Shown here: piece by piece, positions 7,912 through 17,677 of the stretch | Layout of the letters: each line of letters starts with the position of its first letter | How positions within the stretch are numbered: position 1 is the stretch's first letter | IMG/VR virus record: IMGVR_UViG_3300014658_000106 | Coordinates: 1-36,739 of that record | Strand: one strand, 5' to 3' | From: a virus | Lineage: Duplodnaviria; Caudoviricetes | Length of the DNA: 36,739 bases | Program-made: the position numbers and the translations under genes | Notes under the pieces: model-generated | What the model saw: the letters and a program-made list of their open reading frames with translations, nothing else | Told to the model about the DNA's origin: nothing | The model's database searches: none

Positions 7912-9602
7912 TACTTACCGGTCGGATAAGGCTTGCTGATTACGTTGGGGGGAAGATTGATTCCGAGGCCATTCGGCCCCTGGCCCAACACCGCGTTGCG
8001 CTCGTCCTTTAATGAACCCTTCATGGCTTCCATCTTGGCGATCTGCTGACCCACTGCCGCGAGGTTGCTAGGCACCATTCCATTGAGGAATTCCGCCTGT
8101 TTCTCGCCTGGCATGCGTTTAAACTCGTCGCTCTGCATGATCTTGAGCGTCAGATTGTGGCCTAGCGCCTCACCCGTTGCCCGATCTGCTCCGAATGGAT
8201 CAAGCGACGTTCCATGCGTTTTGCGCCATTCAATCGCCTGGTCTAGAGCTTCACCAAGCGGCGCTTTCTCGGTGAGGTACTTGTTGGCGACTTCCGCTTT
8301 GTCGGGAGACGCATATGCGCCAAGCGCTGGGATGTAGCCCTTGCTGTAAACGGGATGCAGAGTGAGATCCTGAACCTGCTGAGGAGTTAAGGATCCAGGT
8401 GCAGACATCGCCTGTGCCGCTGCCTGCCGTGCAGCATTGTCGCGAACAATCTCGAGCTGCTTCTGCTGTAGCTCCGCACTCTGCAGCGCGCGCGTCATGG
8501 CCGCATCTTTCTGCTTCATCATGCCTTCAGCAGCCTTGCCGTAGACGTCAGCGTTATTCTTGTGCAGCTCTGCCACGGCCTGATCCCCGCCGTTGCGGGC
8601 CACGATCTCGTCGGTTTCGTCCAAGACTTGCTTATCCGACATTGCTTGCGAGAACTTCCAAGCGGCCTCAGTCGTCTCGCCCTTGGCCTTTGCCTCGTTG
8701 AACAGCTGGCCACGCATTTCGGCGCCTGTCTTTAGCGTGTCCACCAATTGCTTGCGCATGGCCATCTGCTGCTCGATCGGGATTCGTCCTTCCGCGATAC
8801 TGCCAATCCCGCCGACCAGGCCCGCAACGCGGCCAAGGGCCCCCGGTAACACAGACGACAAGACACCCATAACCTTGTCGAACGTACTGGGCATCTCGTA
8901 GGATGCAGACGCCTTATTGAGCATCTGATTAACCAGATCATTGTGAAGGTTGAACTGGTTCGCTTCGTCCGTCATTGCCTTCTGGTATTGCGGCCCATAC
9001 TGAAGCGCCAAATCCTGTCGTTGCGCTTCACCGCGTCCGATAGCCTTCGCTTTCGCCGCAGCATTTGCCCGCTGGACGTCCAGGTTCTCTTGATTGCCCT
9101 GGAGTCCTGATTGCATCTGCGCTTGGACCAGCTGCATCTCAGGGCTGGGGACGCCACCGCCGCCGCGAGGTGTGGGCGCCGGAGGCGGAGTGGCGGCGGG
9201 TGGCGGAATTCCGGGATGCACGCCTTGAACCTCAGGGGGCGGCGCTGGAGGGGGCGGTAGCGGAGAACTATTCGACGCCGCCTGTGCTGGCGTCATCAGA
9301 CTACCGTTTGGATTGGAACCAACAGCATCGTTGGCATCCCCGGCCCCTGACGTCTCGTTTCCGACTGCCTGGACCCCTTGGCCGATATCACGAGCAGCGC
9401 TGCCAAGTGCTGTTCCGAGGCCTGTCCACGGCATAATCCCGCCGCCTGTGCCGCTTGAATTCGTCGTCGGAGGTGTAGCCGCAGGCGCGGCGGATTGGCT
9501 ATCTGGCTGCATGGCATAGGATGCCAGCGCCTGATCTGGCGTTTGCGACGAAGCATTATTCATCGCTACCTGCGCAAGGATGCGTTCCAAATCGCTATCC
9601 AT
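7911..9602 (-). CDS. Probable internal virion (ejection) protein
   Basis: 563 aa, Pro-rich N-half and helical Q/A/K-rich C-half; TAATG coupling on both sides. Confidence 0.7.
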   Translation of the reverse strand: MDSDLERILAQVAMNNASSQTPDQALASYAMQPDSQSAAPAATPPTTNSSGTGGGIMPWTGLGTALGSAARDIGQGVQAVGNETSGAGDANDAVGSNPNGSLMTPAQAASNSSPLPPPPAPPPEVQGVHPGIPPPAATPPPAPTPRGGGGVPSPEMQLVQAQMQSGLQGNQENLDVQRANAAAKAKAIGRGEAQRQDLALQYGPQYQKAMTDEANQFNLHNDLVNQMLNKASASYEMPSTFDKVMGVLSSVLPGALGRVAGLVGGIGSIAEGRIPIEQQMAMRKQLVDTLKTGAEMRGQLFNEAKAKGETTEAAWKFSQAMSDKQVLDETDEIVARNGGDQAVAELHKNNADVYGKAAEGMMKQKDAAMTRALQSAELQQKQLEIVRDNAARQAAAQAMSAPGSLTPQQVQDLTLHPVYSKGYIPALGAYASPDKAEVANKYLTEKAPLGEALDQAIEWRKTHGTSLDPFGADRATGEALGHNLTLKIMQSDEFKRMPGEKQAEFLNGMVPSNLAAVGQQIAKMEAMKGSLKDERNAVLGQGPNGLGINLPPNVISKPYPTGK

Positions 9603-11434
9603 TACGCAGCCCCCCTCTTGGCCTTCTGTTTCATGAGCATCTGCAATCCATGCTCGAGGGCGTTGATTCGCTGATTCATGAGTCCGGCGGCGGAAGCCAA
9701 GGCGAGCGTGAGCCTACCCGTGTCCACGCGCTTGCCGGTCGGGGAGTCTAGAACCACCGACTTGCCCACAGGCCCCGCGTGCTCGAGCTCTTGCGCCATA
9801 GGCCCGAAATGCGTGCCGGGTGCAGCCCCGGGCGCCTGTGGGTTCTTGTATTGGTAGCTGTGCGAGGTTCCCTGCAGTGCATTAAGCAGGCCCTGAGACT
9901 GATTGTTTGGATGAACGGTGGCGCCGGCGGGAAGGTCTACAACTTCTGGGCCCTTCTCACCGACCAATGCTCTCGTTGGTTTGGTTACGTGACCGCCTTT
10001 AGCGAAGGCAGCAGCAGCTCCGATCGCTGCGTCTGCCCCGCCTTCTGCTGCTGCAGCTCCACCAGCCACGTCTGCTGCATCCGCCGCATCAGCCGCATCA
10101 GCTGCGTCACCGACGTCAGCTGCATCCCCAGCGTCTACATCTGCAGCATCGCCAGCGTCAGAGGCTGTTGACGTATCAGCCTCCTGAGTGGCTTCCTTGA
10201 GCGGATTAATCTTAGCCACATTCGTGACCGGCGCAGCCTGTGGAGGGGGAGCCGAAGTAGGCGCTGCACCAGGTCCACCCGCACCCTGTGCTCCAGGGTT
10301 TGTGCTATCCGGTTGCTGGAACATTTTGACGATCTTTTGAACGTCTTGAATGCCAGATCCGATCCGACCGGAAGGATTTCCAGGCTGAATAGGCGAAGCC
10401 GTTCCGGTTGGGCTCTGATAGGTAGAGAGCTGGTTAAGGAACGTCTGCATCTGCTGATTAGCGTTGGCGATGTTCTGCTTAGTGGCTTCATCAGATCCAG
10501 GAACACCGCTGCTTGGCTCAGATCCGCCAAGCAACGTGCCGAGGAAGTTGTTGAACATGCTGTTACTGCTAGCGTTGTTCCCCTCAGCCATTGCCGCCAC
10601 TGCGCTGTTGTATTCGGCGTTCTGATTGGCCCCGATCGTGTTGCCAAACTGCCAATTCTGATTGGCAATCCCCTGGTTGAATTCGTTGGCGCCAAGGTTG
10701 GCCTGCTGATTCGACAGCGCTGCCTGCTGGTTAAGCTGGGCCTGGTTCTGCGCCTGATTGACGCCCTGGCCGGTCAGCCCGGCAAGGCTCTGCTGTGCCT
10801 GTAGCTGCTGATTTGCCGCTGTGGCTGCCCCTTGGCCCGCTGCCCCTTGCGTCTGCATGGCCTGGTTTTGCTGCGCCATTCTGGCCGCTGCGCCGGGATT
10901 CTGCTGCCCTCGAGAGCCGGCCACCTGTGCATAAGTCGATGCCAGCGCCCCCTGCGTGCCCGCCTGCTGCTGCTGCGCCGCCAGGCTCGGGCCGCCGGTG
11001 CCATTGGCCTGACCCTGTAGCTGCTGCATCAGTCCCAGCTGTGCCTGTGAGTATGGCTGACCACCGTTGGCATTGACGTTCTGTCCGGCTACCTGGTCCG
11101 CGCTAACATTGGCAACAGGTGCGCCGGTGGGGGTATAGGTTCCCCACCCGTTGGAATACAGGTTACCACCCGCTCCGATGACCTGCTGACCCTGTGGATT
11201 CCAGCCAGAACCATTGCCGCCAGCTTCGCCATAGGCCTGACCACCAGGATTCAGCCCAGGAGGCCCGAGATTGGTTCCATACTCTGGATCCTGATCGTTC
11301 TTCCCGCCGGTAGACGTCCACCCATTGGCTACGTTGGGAGTGCCTGGCGCTACGCCGCCATTGTACCAACCAGTATTGGTAGTGTTTGGATTCTGGTTTC
11401 CGTTACTGTTCCATGGACTGTTGGGCGATGGCAT
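9602..11434 (-). CDS. Gln/Gly/Asn-rich probable ejection/pilot protein with an interrupted Peptidase S74-like (intramolecular chaperone) domain
   Basis: SDEATKQNI at residue 314 and C-terminal SYQYK...HFGPMAQELE...VD...NQRINALE. Confidence 0.72.
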   Translation of the reverse strand: MPSPNSPWNSNGNQNPNTTNTGWYNGGVAPGTPNVANGWTSTGGKNDQDPEYGTNLGPPGLNPGGQAYGEAGGNGSGWNPQGQQVIGAGGNLYSNGWGTYTPTGAPVANVSADQVAGQNVNANGGQPYSQAQLGLMQQLQGQANGTGGPSLAAQQQQAGTQGALASTYAQVAGSRGQQNPGAAARMAQQNQAMQTQGAAGQGAATAANQQLQAQQSLAGLTGQGVNQAQNQAQLNQQAALSNQQANLGANEFNQGIANQNWQFGNTIGANQNAEYNSAVAAMAEGNNASSNSMFNNFLGTLLGGSEPSSGVPGSDEATKQNIANANQQMQTFLNQLSTYQSPTGTASPIQPGNPSGRIGSGIQDVQKIVKMFQQPDSTNPGAQGAGGPGAAPTSAPPPQAAPVTNVAKINPLKEATQEADTSTASDAGDAADVDAGDAADVGDAADAADAADAADVAGGAAAAEGGADAAIGAAAAFAKGGHVTKPTRALVGEKGPEVVDLPAGATVHPNNQSQGLLNALQGTSHSYQYKNPQAPGAAPGTHFGPMAQELEHAGPVGKSVVLDSPTGKRVDTGRLTLALASAAGLMNQRINALEHGLQMLMKQKAKRGAA

Positions 11435-14400
11435 TATCCGATGCTCCCTCCGGGACCGAGACGCTTGTACCCGCCGCGACGGATCCCAACTTCGATGTCT
11501 AGTGCGTTAAGAGCCGGAGTCACTGTCACATTGTACGGCGCCAGGTCCGTCCACGTCATCTGGATGGCCTCGCACAGCTGCGAGGATGGGAACACTCTAA
11601 ACTGACGTCTATCGGGGAGCGCTGCTGCGCCACTTCCGCCCCACACGCCGTTACCCCAAGGATTCTCATAGCCCCACACGCCAGTGCTAGAGCTAGAGCC
11701 ATTAAGTACCAACGTATCCACAACGCTCGGATTATAGTCATAAGCCAGCTGCACCTGATATTGCTGCGTGCCCGAGAACCAGCCTTCCACAAACAGTTTC
11801 CAAACACGCTGGAACCCCTGGATGTTGGCAGCCTTCAACCATGCCGTGGTGACGAGCATCCCAAACCCGACACCATCGTCAGCGTAGACGCCCGGAGCTT
11901 CCTGGTAGACGAGCCCGGAACCTGAGTTGATGTAGTAGTACTGGTTCCCAAAGCTGAGGCTCGAGATGCCCTGGTGATTCGTGAACGTGCCCCAGGCGTT
12001 GTAGAACCAGTCAAAGACGAGCGTGGTCCCAGTCTCTGACAGGAAGCGCACCTGCGTGTTCGTGTCTAGCGCCGTCGCAGCTGTCACGACGTCGGCGTTG
12101 AATGCTTTGACGGGTGCCCCGACATAATTAAGCGTCAGCCCACGGGCGAGCATGTAATAGCCCTGCGTGGATTTGAACATCAGCCCGCCAGGCGTTAGCA
12201 CTACGGACCCAGGGTCCCGGCACCCGATGCTAGTGGACGACGCCACGAGCTGCGGCGTTGAGAAGCTTCCATTGACGCCGGTGTCATCTGGGCCCGTGCC
12301 GCTGATGTACTGCAACAGGTTCGACTGCAGCGAGATCAGATTGCCATCCATCGAAGCGCCGGCCACGATGTTCCCACCGTTGATGTTGCCAACCGATGGA
12401 TTGACGCGCACCGTCTGCAGCGACGAGAAGATGACGCCATAGCCTTTCGAGAACTGCTCTGAAAACCACCAGAGCGTGGGATCTTCAGCATCGACCACCC
12501 AGAGCCGATCCTGATGGTTCACCATGATGCCAGTGGCCGGTGGCGCATCGTTCTCGAGCACATCCCCGGTCGTATAGAGCGGCTGATTGCTCTCAATAGA
12601 CAGGTCGCTAGCCGTGTCCAGATACGTCAGCGGACCAATGCTCTGCGGCTGGTTGTAGATAGGCGAAAGCGGTGATGTGACTCGGTAGAACACCTGGCCA
12701 TCTGTAGTCGTGCGATAGATCGCCACGTCCACATTGCTCTTGAGCGTCAGCGTTAGCGGATTGACGTCAATCGTCACAGCCGCATTGGGCGCCAGAGCTC
12801 CGGCGGTGATGAGATTTCCGGCATTGGATGAGCCTAGTGACGTGTAGACCGGAATATTGACGGTGGTCGGAACGCTCGGCGCACTCTGATGTAGCTGGCC
12901 CTGATCGTCGATCCACTCATAGACGGCCACGTATTGCTCAGCCGCATAGAAGTTATCGACCTGCGTCAGATTCTGACCAACGTAATTCTGCTGCACACCA
13001 CCAGTGGCTGGGTTGTTCGCATAGTTCGCCGGAAGGATCGAGAACACCGTAAGATCCTGAGACGACAACATCAGCGCATTGCCAGAAACCTGTGAGTTGA
13101 TCCCCCAGTTCACGCCACCGGCTGGCGGAGTCCATGAGTTTTGAACCGTCAGGATAGCGTTTGAAATAGCAGCGACAACACCCGCAGCGTCTTCAGTGCC
13201 GCTCAGATTCACGTTGATCCCGATAAGGTTCCCGGTTGTCGATGAGAACCGATACCGAAGCACGATCTCCTTAAGCAGCGTGGATGATGCGGCCACCGTT
13301 GAGAATCCACCGCTTGTATTTGTGATGTTGTAGGGATTCGGATCTGCCGCTTCCACAGCTGCTGCAGATGTCTCACCGATCGTGAACCAGAAATATCCCT
13401 GAAGAACGTGGTTCAACGTGTCTGTTGAGATGAATGTGAAGTACTGACCATTTTCGATCAGTGAAGCCGGCGTTCCAGTGATTGACACCATGCAGGGCTG
13501 ATTCACTGCGCCCGTGCAGGCCTGGAACACCGTGAACTGTCTCGAGCCAGCCGGGATCGTCGTGAAGTATGTCGTGTTCGTCGACGTCAGGGTGATCGTC
13601 TGAACCGTGTAGGCGTTTACCTGCGCGCGCTGGCTAGGCGGATTACTGCCCAGGGCGTAAGTGATCGTCCAGTTATCCAGTGCGGCCGTCAGCGCCCCAT
13701 ACAGCGCATTGGCGACCTGCGTGGCCGTCATCTTCGAAGCGATCACGACAGGGGTCACGACCCAAGGCGATGGAAACTCGGCAGACGATGGCGCAGACCC
13801 AACACCGTCCACGATGAAATACACGACGGCAGGCAGGTTCGTTCCAGCGCCAGCTCCGGGCACAACCTGATTGAAAGCGATGTACTCCCCAGGCGTGATC
13901 AGGTTCCCGACTGCGCCACCCGGCTGCGATACGTTGTCCGGGATGTTGATGCTTATCGATAGCGGGGAATTGGGCTGGCCACCGCTGCTTACCGTCGGAT
14001 CGATATTGTTATAGACGACCGTGATCGCTGATGTCGCCAGCGTTACCACCGGGGCTTCCGGATAGACATTGAACCCGTGCTCCGTCAGGTTCGTCCCGTC
14101 ATAGTTCCAGAGCAAAGAACCAGCCCCAAGGTGCAGATTCTGACCTAGCTGCTGCCCGCTGATGGTTCCGGTCCCGAAGGTAACCGAGAGCTCTGTGACG
14201 CCTGGCAGCCCTTGCAGCGCATCGCTGACGCTCAGTTCTTCAACGATATCCGACACCGACGTCTCATAAACGCCGCTGGCCGTCTGCTGAAACGCCGGCA
14301 TTCGGTTGTTAGTGGGAGGACCACCCGCCGACCCTGGCAGGTACTTGCCGGCCACATACGGTAGCGCCGTCGACCCCACGGGATACGGCAGGGCCATGAG

Positions 14401-15690
14401 GAAGAGCGTCGGCTGCACGCTGCTCACGAACTGGACAAGGAAGTAGATATTTCGATCCGCTGCCAGAAAGGGCTGACTGCACAGGCTCACGCCGGTCACT
14501 GCCTGGAACGTCGGGGCGATTGTGCCCGTGAATACCACTGCGCAGTTCACCTGCTGCAGCGATGGCGTCGGGTTCGTTGTCTCCCACAGCACCAGCGCGT
14601 TGGCTGTCTGATACGGCATGCAGGTAAGGCGCGCAATGGCATTCGCTGACGCTGTCGCCAGAGGCAGAACGCCAGTCACCAGATCGTTGATGGATGTATC
14701 GAATACGAAGGCAAGCGCGTCGAACTGGAAGTTGTTCTCGACAACGGCCCCAATGAACACATGCGTGGTCGAAGCGGTGCCCATGGCACACGCGCACAGA
14801 GCAGTTACCGTAAGGCCGATCGGCAACGTCCCAGGGCTCGATGGCTGCCACGTTGTCGTGTTGATTGCCGTGACCACCAGGCTCGATCCCTGAGAGACCA
14901 CTGCAACGAGGCTAGTCCCGACGTGGCACACGTCATAGATGGCCTCATTCGTTCCCTGCGTAATGGCCGGAACGATCGTTGTGGCATAGGCGCTGGGAAC
15001 AGCCTGCGGGACGCTGGGGTTGATGAGCGCCACATATAGCTCGCCGCTTCTGGTGGTCGGATTGCTAGTGGACCCGTTCACGCCAACCAGGAAGACCGCG
15101 ATAATGCTGCCGACAACGATGCACTTCGGCGCATAGGACCCAATCGTCAGGTTCGACACATAGCTAGGCAGAACCGACCGGAACAGGTCCGCCGTTTGGT
15201 AGTAGACGCTCTTGGACGCCTCATCGAGCACCTTGAGACCCACCGCGCCATTCAGCTCATAGGCAAAGACCGAAATCCCATTCAAGGAAGCCGTGTCTGA
15301 GTTGGTCGCGCCCATGGCGCCAGAGTAGATCTGCGTCTCTGTCGGAAGGATGTTCGGGATGGGCCCGCGATTGACCCACTTATCTAGAGACGGCGGCAGC
15401 GTGTAGAACTGCGACGGCCGACTATTGGGCACCGGTGCAGAGACAAGCCCAAGCTCATTATTGAACGAAACGAGCGACTGTCCATTGCGGACCACGCCAC
15501 CGTATTCGGTACTTATCGCCGACGTGAGCGCGGTGTACCCGTTCCGCTTGTGCAGCTGCCCCAACGCACCCTTGTCAAACACCACGTTCTGCAGCTCGAT
15601 AAACCTGTCGTTCCCCACGAGCACGGAGTTGTTCTCGAGATCAACCCCCGCCTGCAATGGGATGGAAACGACCTGTTTATCTAGGCCCAT
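11434..15690 (-). CDS. Large tail nozzle/tail tubular B-like protein (~1418 aa)
   Basis: Start placed at MGLDKQ (TAATG overlap at 15690). N-terminal ELQNVVFDK.G.L.KRNGY and C-terminal beta-propeller-like HQDRLWV...GCRDPGSVV.TP.GLMFKS..GYY...GFQRV; position follows the adaptor and fibre genes. Confidence 0.72.
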   Translation of the reverse strand: MGLDKQVVSIPLQAGVDLENNSVLVGNDRFIELQNVVFDKGALGQLHKRNGYTALTSAISTEYGGVVRNGQSLVSFNNELGLVSAPVPNSRPSQFYTLPPSLDKWVNRGPIPNILPTETQIYSGAMGATNSDTASLNGISVFAYELNGAVGLKVLDEASKSVYYQTADLFRSVLPSYVSNLTIGSYAPKCIVVGSIIAVFLVGVNGSTSNPTTRSGELYVALINPSVPQAVPSAYATTIVPAITQGTNEAIYDVCHVGTSLVAVVSQGSSLVVTAINTTTWQPSSPGTLPIGLTVTALCACAMGTASTTHVFIGAVVENNFQFDALAFVFDTSINDLVTGVLPLATASANAIARLTCMPYQTANALVLWETTNPTPSLQQVNCAVVFTGTIAPTFQAVTGVSLCSQPFLAADRNIYFLVQFVSSVQPTLFLMALPYPVGSTALPYVAGKYLPGSAGGPPTNNRMPAFQQTASGVYETSVSDIVEELSVSDALQGLPGVTELSVTFGTGTISGQQLGQNLHLGAGSLLWNYDGTNLTEHGFNVYPEAPVVTLATSAITVVYNNIDPTVSSGGQPNSPLSISINIPDNVSQPGGAVGNLITPGEYIAFNQVVPGAGAGTNLPAVVYFIVDGVGSAPSSAEFPSPWVVTPVVIASKMTATQVANALYGALTAALDNWTITYALGSNPPSQRAQVNAYTVQTITLTSTNTTYFTTIPAGSRQFTVFQACTGAVNQPCMVSITGTPASLIENGQYFTFISTDTLNHVLQGYFWFTIGETSAAAVEAADPNPYNITNTSGGFSTVAASSTLLKEIVLRYRFSSTTGNLIGINVNLSGTEDAAGVVAAISNAILTVQNSWTPPAGGVNWGINSQVSGNALMLSSQDLTVFSILPANYANNPATGGVQQNYVGQNLTQVDNFYAAEQYVAVYEWIDDQGQLHQSAPSVPTTVNIPVYTSLGSSNAGNLITAGALAPNAAVTIDVNPLTLTLKSNVDVAIYRTTTDGQVFYRVTSPLSPIYNQPQSIGPLTYLDTASDLSIESNQPLYTTGDVLENDAPPATGIMVNHQDRLWVVDAEDPTLWWFSEQFSKGYGVIFSSLQTVRVNPSVGNINGGNIVAGASMDGNLISLQSNLLQYISGTGPDDTGVNGSFSTPQLVASSTSIGCRDPGSVVLTPGGLMFKSTQGYYMLARGLTLNYVGAPVKAFNADVVTAATALDTNTQVRFLSETGTTLVFDWFYNAWGTFTNHQGISSLSFGNQYYYINSGSGLVYQEAPGVYADDGVGFGMLVTTAWLKAANIQGFQRVWKLFVEGWFSGTQQYQVQLAYDYNPSVVDTLVLNGSSSSTGVWGYENPWGNGVWGGSGAAALPDRRQFRVFPSSQLCEAIQMTWTDLAPYNVTVTPALNALDIEVGIRRGGYKRLGPGGSIG

Positions 15691-17345
15691 TAGTACCCAA
15701 CACAGATGTAGTTGATAATCGTAGGTGACGATCCTCCGTTCTGAACTGTGATCCCTGTCGTGGATGTAGAACACGTAGATACCCATGCGGTGTTGATCGT
15801 GTTGTCCACAATCGAACAGTTGCAGATTGGCGCAACGGTAAAGTTTCGCGTCGAATCGCCTGAGCCTGAGAATGTGACCGTGTAGGACGTGTTCGCCGAT
15901 GCCAGAGGAATGGATCCACCGCTAATCTTCGGGGACGCGGTAAACGAACTTCCTCCATCGAACGTGCTCAACGATGGCACCAACCCATTGCCGGTGTAAA
16001 TCGGCAATGTTCCGGCATCGAGTGAGCCAACAATGACCCCATTCGTCCAAATCGGCCCACCATCGACAATCAACGGCTCGCCGATGATCGTCTTATAAGC
16101 CGCTATGTCCGTCTGAAAGTGGGGCAGCAGGATGTTTACGCCGGTGTATTGCCCCGAAAGCTCGAGGGTCGATGCATTCATGTCGAATGCGTACATCTCC
16201 GAGCCAGCATCGACAGCCTGCGCAATTAACTGTCCGTTGGCGTAAGTGAACAGATCGTTAAACTGCAGCCCATAGCCGGTTGTGATGGAAGTCGGTGTTG
16301 TGCCGGAACCGCCCGTGACATTCCAAACCGTTTTCCCGCCATCGTCCGTGTAATACTGAACGTTAGCCCCCGAATAGATGTTGTTCACGGTGATGTCGGG
16401 GAGGTTTGCCAAAACAGGCACCTGAATCGTTGCGAAATCGCCAGCGTCCGCGATGAATGTCCCTAGGTACGGATTGGACAGCCCACCCGATGGCCAGCTC
16501 GTGATGCAGCCGTTGCCGCTGATGCAATACTTAGCAGCGTATGCCTCTGCACCAGCATCCACGACAGCCGCCGCGAGCTCGCCTGTCGTCTGTAGTTTGA
16601 AGATGCCTGACGGAGTGGCTTTCAGAACGATATCGCCGCTCACGTCCTCATAGACAGACGACGTGTTGGTGATATCTAGCCCCACCTGGGCCCCCGAAAC
16701 GACCATGATCCCGGCGTCGAACTGCGTCTCCGGGCAGTACATCACGCCGCCCGAGTAGTAGCAGCCTCCCGCACCAGGCCAGCTCGTCAGGCATGTTCCA
16801 TTGAGGCAATACTGCGCAGCGTTGGACACGCCAAAGAATCCTGCGTCGACGACTTCCGTCTGCGCATAGCCCAGATTCGTCGACGTCGAATAGCACCACC
16901 AATAGGCGCCCTGATGTGGATTGCCGCTCGGAAACGCGTACAGCACACAGTCGAAATTAGGGGAATTGATGCCCAGGTCAGAGTAACCAAAATTAAGCGT
17001 CCCGCTGCTAGACGCTTCCATGATCATTCCATAGCCACCGTCAGGCCAATAGCCACCGGCGTCCCACATCGCTGCGGTGTTGTTGCCCAGGAAGATGTAC
17101 GGATAGGACGAGACTGCGTAAAGCCCGTAGCTATCGATCTCCGACGCCAGCGGCGCACCAGCATCGAACGGGAACGGGAAGAAGAAGTTGGCGCCAGGAA
17201 ACGACGTGCTGCCGTTGATCTCGAGCTGCTGATTCTCGGGGTTGATGTTCTGCGTCACCACCTGCCCGAAATAGCCAGAGTCAGCGCTGATCCCGGGGAA
17301 TCCCTGGCCAGCCGTCAAAGCTGCAATGAGTGCGAAGGCATGCAT
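15690..17345 (-). CDS. Fibre/spike-like or secreted beta-rich protein with many DAG/DGG motifs
   Basis: Start placed at MHAFALIAALTAG (ATG 17345, GAGGA RBS). 8 DAG plus 4 DGG, two YC.(S/N)G..C(L/I)TSWP motifs, and a C-terminal lectin-like end (YTVTFS..FTVAP.C...INYICVGY). Confidence 0.65.
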   Translation of the reverse strand: MHAFALIAALTAGQGFPGISADSGYFGQVVTQNINPENQQLEINGSTSFPGANFFFPFPFDAGAPLASEIDSYGLYAVSSYPYIFLGNNTAAMWDAGGYWPDGGYGMIMEASSSGTLNFGYSDLGINSPNFDCVLYAFPSGNPHQGAYWWCYSTSTNLGYAQTEVVDAGFFGVSNAAQYCLNGTCLTSWPGAGGCYYSGGVMYCPETQFDAGIMVVSGAQVGLDITNTSSVYEDVSGDIVLKATPSGIFKLQTTGELAAAVVDAGAEAYAAKYCISGNGCITSWPSGGLSNPYLGTFIADAGDFATIQVPVLANLPDITVNNIYSGANVQYYTDDGGKTVWNVTGGSGTTPTSITTGYGLQFNDLFTYANGQLIAQAVDAGSEMYAFDMNASTLELSGQYTGVNILLPHFQTDIAAYKTIIGEPLIVDGGPIWTNGVIVGSLDAGTLPIYTGNGLVPSLSTFDGGSSFTASPKISGGSIPLASANTSYTVTFSGSGDSTRNFTVAPICNCSIVDNTINTAWVSTCSTSTTGITVQNGGSSPTIINYICVGY

Positions 17346-17352
17346 TGATTCC

Positions 17353-17676
17353 TCAGGGGGAGATGGGGCCGAAAGCCTTCCATGTGCCGGGGGATCCTGC
17401 CGTGGTGCATACCCAGCCAACGATCCCGCCGGGGATGGGGTTGGAATTCCACACGATGGCTCCGAGTGCGTAGGGTCCACCTGTCGTTGGAAATGTCACA
17501 TTCACAGTGAAGCTCGGCCCTGGCGGCGGATTGTTGGCGGAATAGACCAGCGAATCGATCAGCTCGAGATTCACGGCTTCGATGTACGGATAAGTGCCCG
17601 GGGTCGTGTTGTTCGTGGCTCCCGGCGTTGTCCCACCGACCGGAATCGTCAGCCCAAGATTTGGAGTCGTGGCCAT
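17353..17676 (-). CDS. Small tail-associated protein
   Basis: N-terminal TTPNLGLTIP and C-terminal GAIVWNSNPIPGGIVGWVCTTAGSPGTWKAFG, both seen in phage fibre/spike proteins. Confidence 0.72.
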   Translation of the reverse strand: MATTPNLGLTIPVGGTTPGATNNTTPGTYPYIEAVNLELIDSLVYSANNPPPGPSFTVNVTFPTTGGPYALGAIVWNSNPIPGGIVGWVCTTAGSPGTWKAFGPISP

Positions 17677-17677
17677 C

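Noticed and set aside
9929-10006. Tape measure protein (long-tailed phage)
   Set aside because: Only a short motif is present. No tail tube, sheath, baseplate or tail chaperone genes are recognisable, and the layout is podovirus-like.
15691-15786. N-terminal extension of the 1450-aa ORF, and similar extensions at 17346-17480, 4377-4577, 33019-33075 and 33327-33539
   Set aside because: These overlap neighbouring genes or promoters. Downstream starts have an RBS, stop-start coupling or a family-typical N-terminus.
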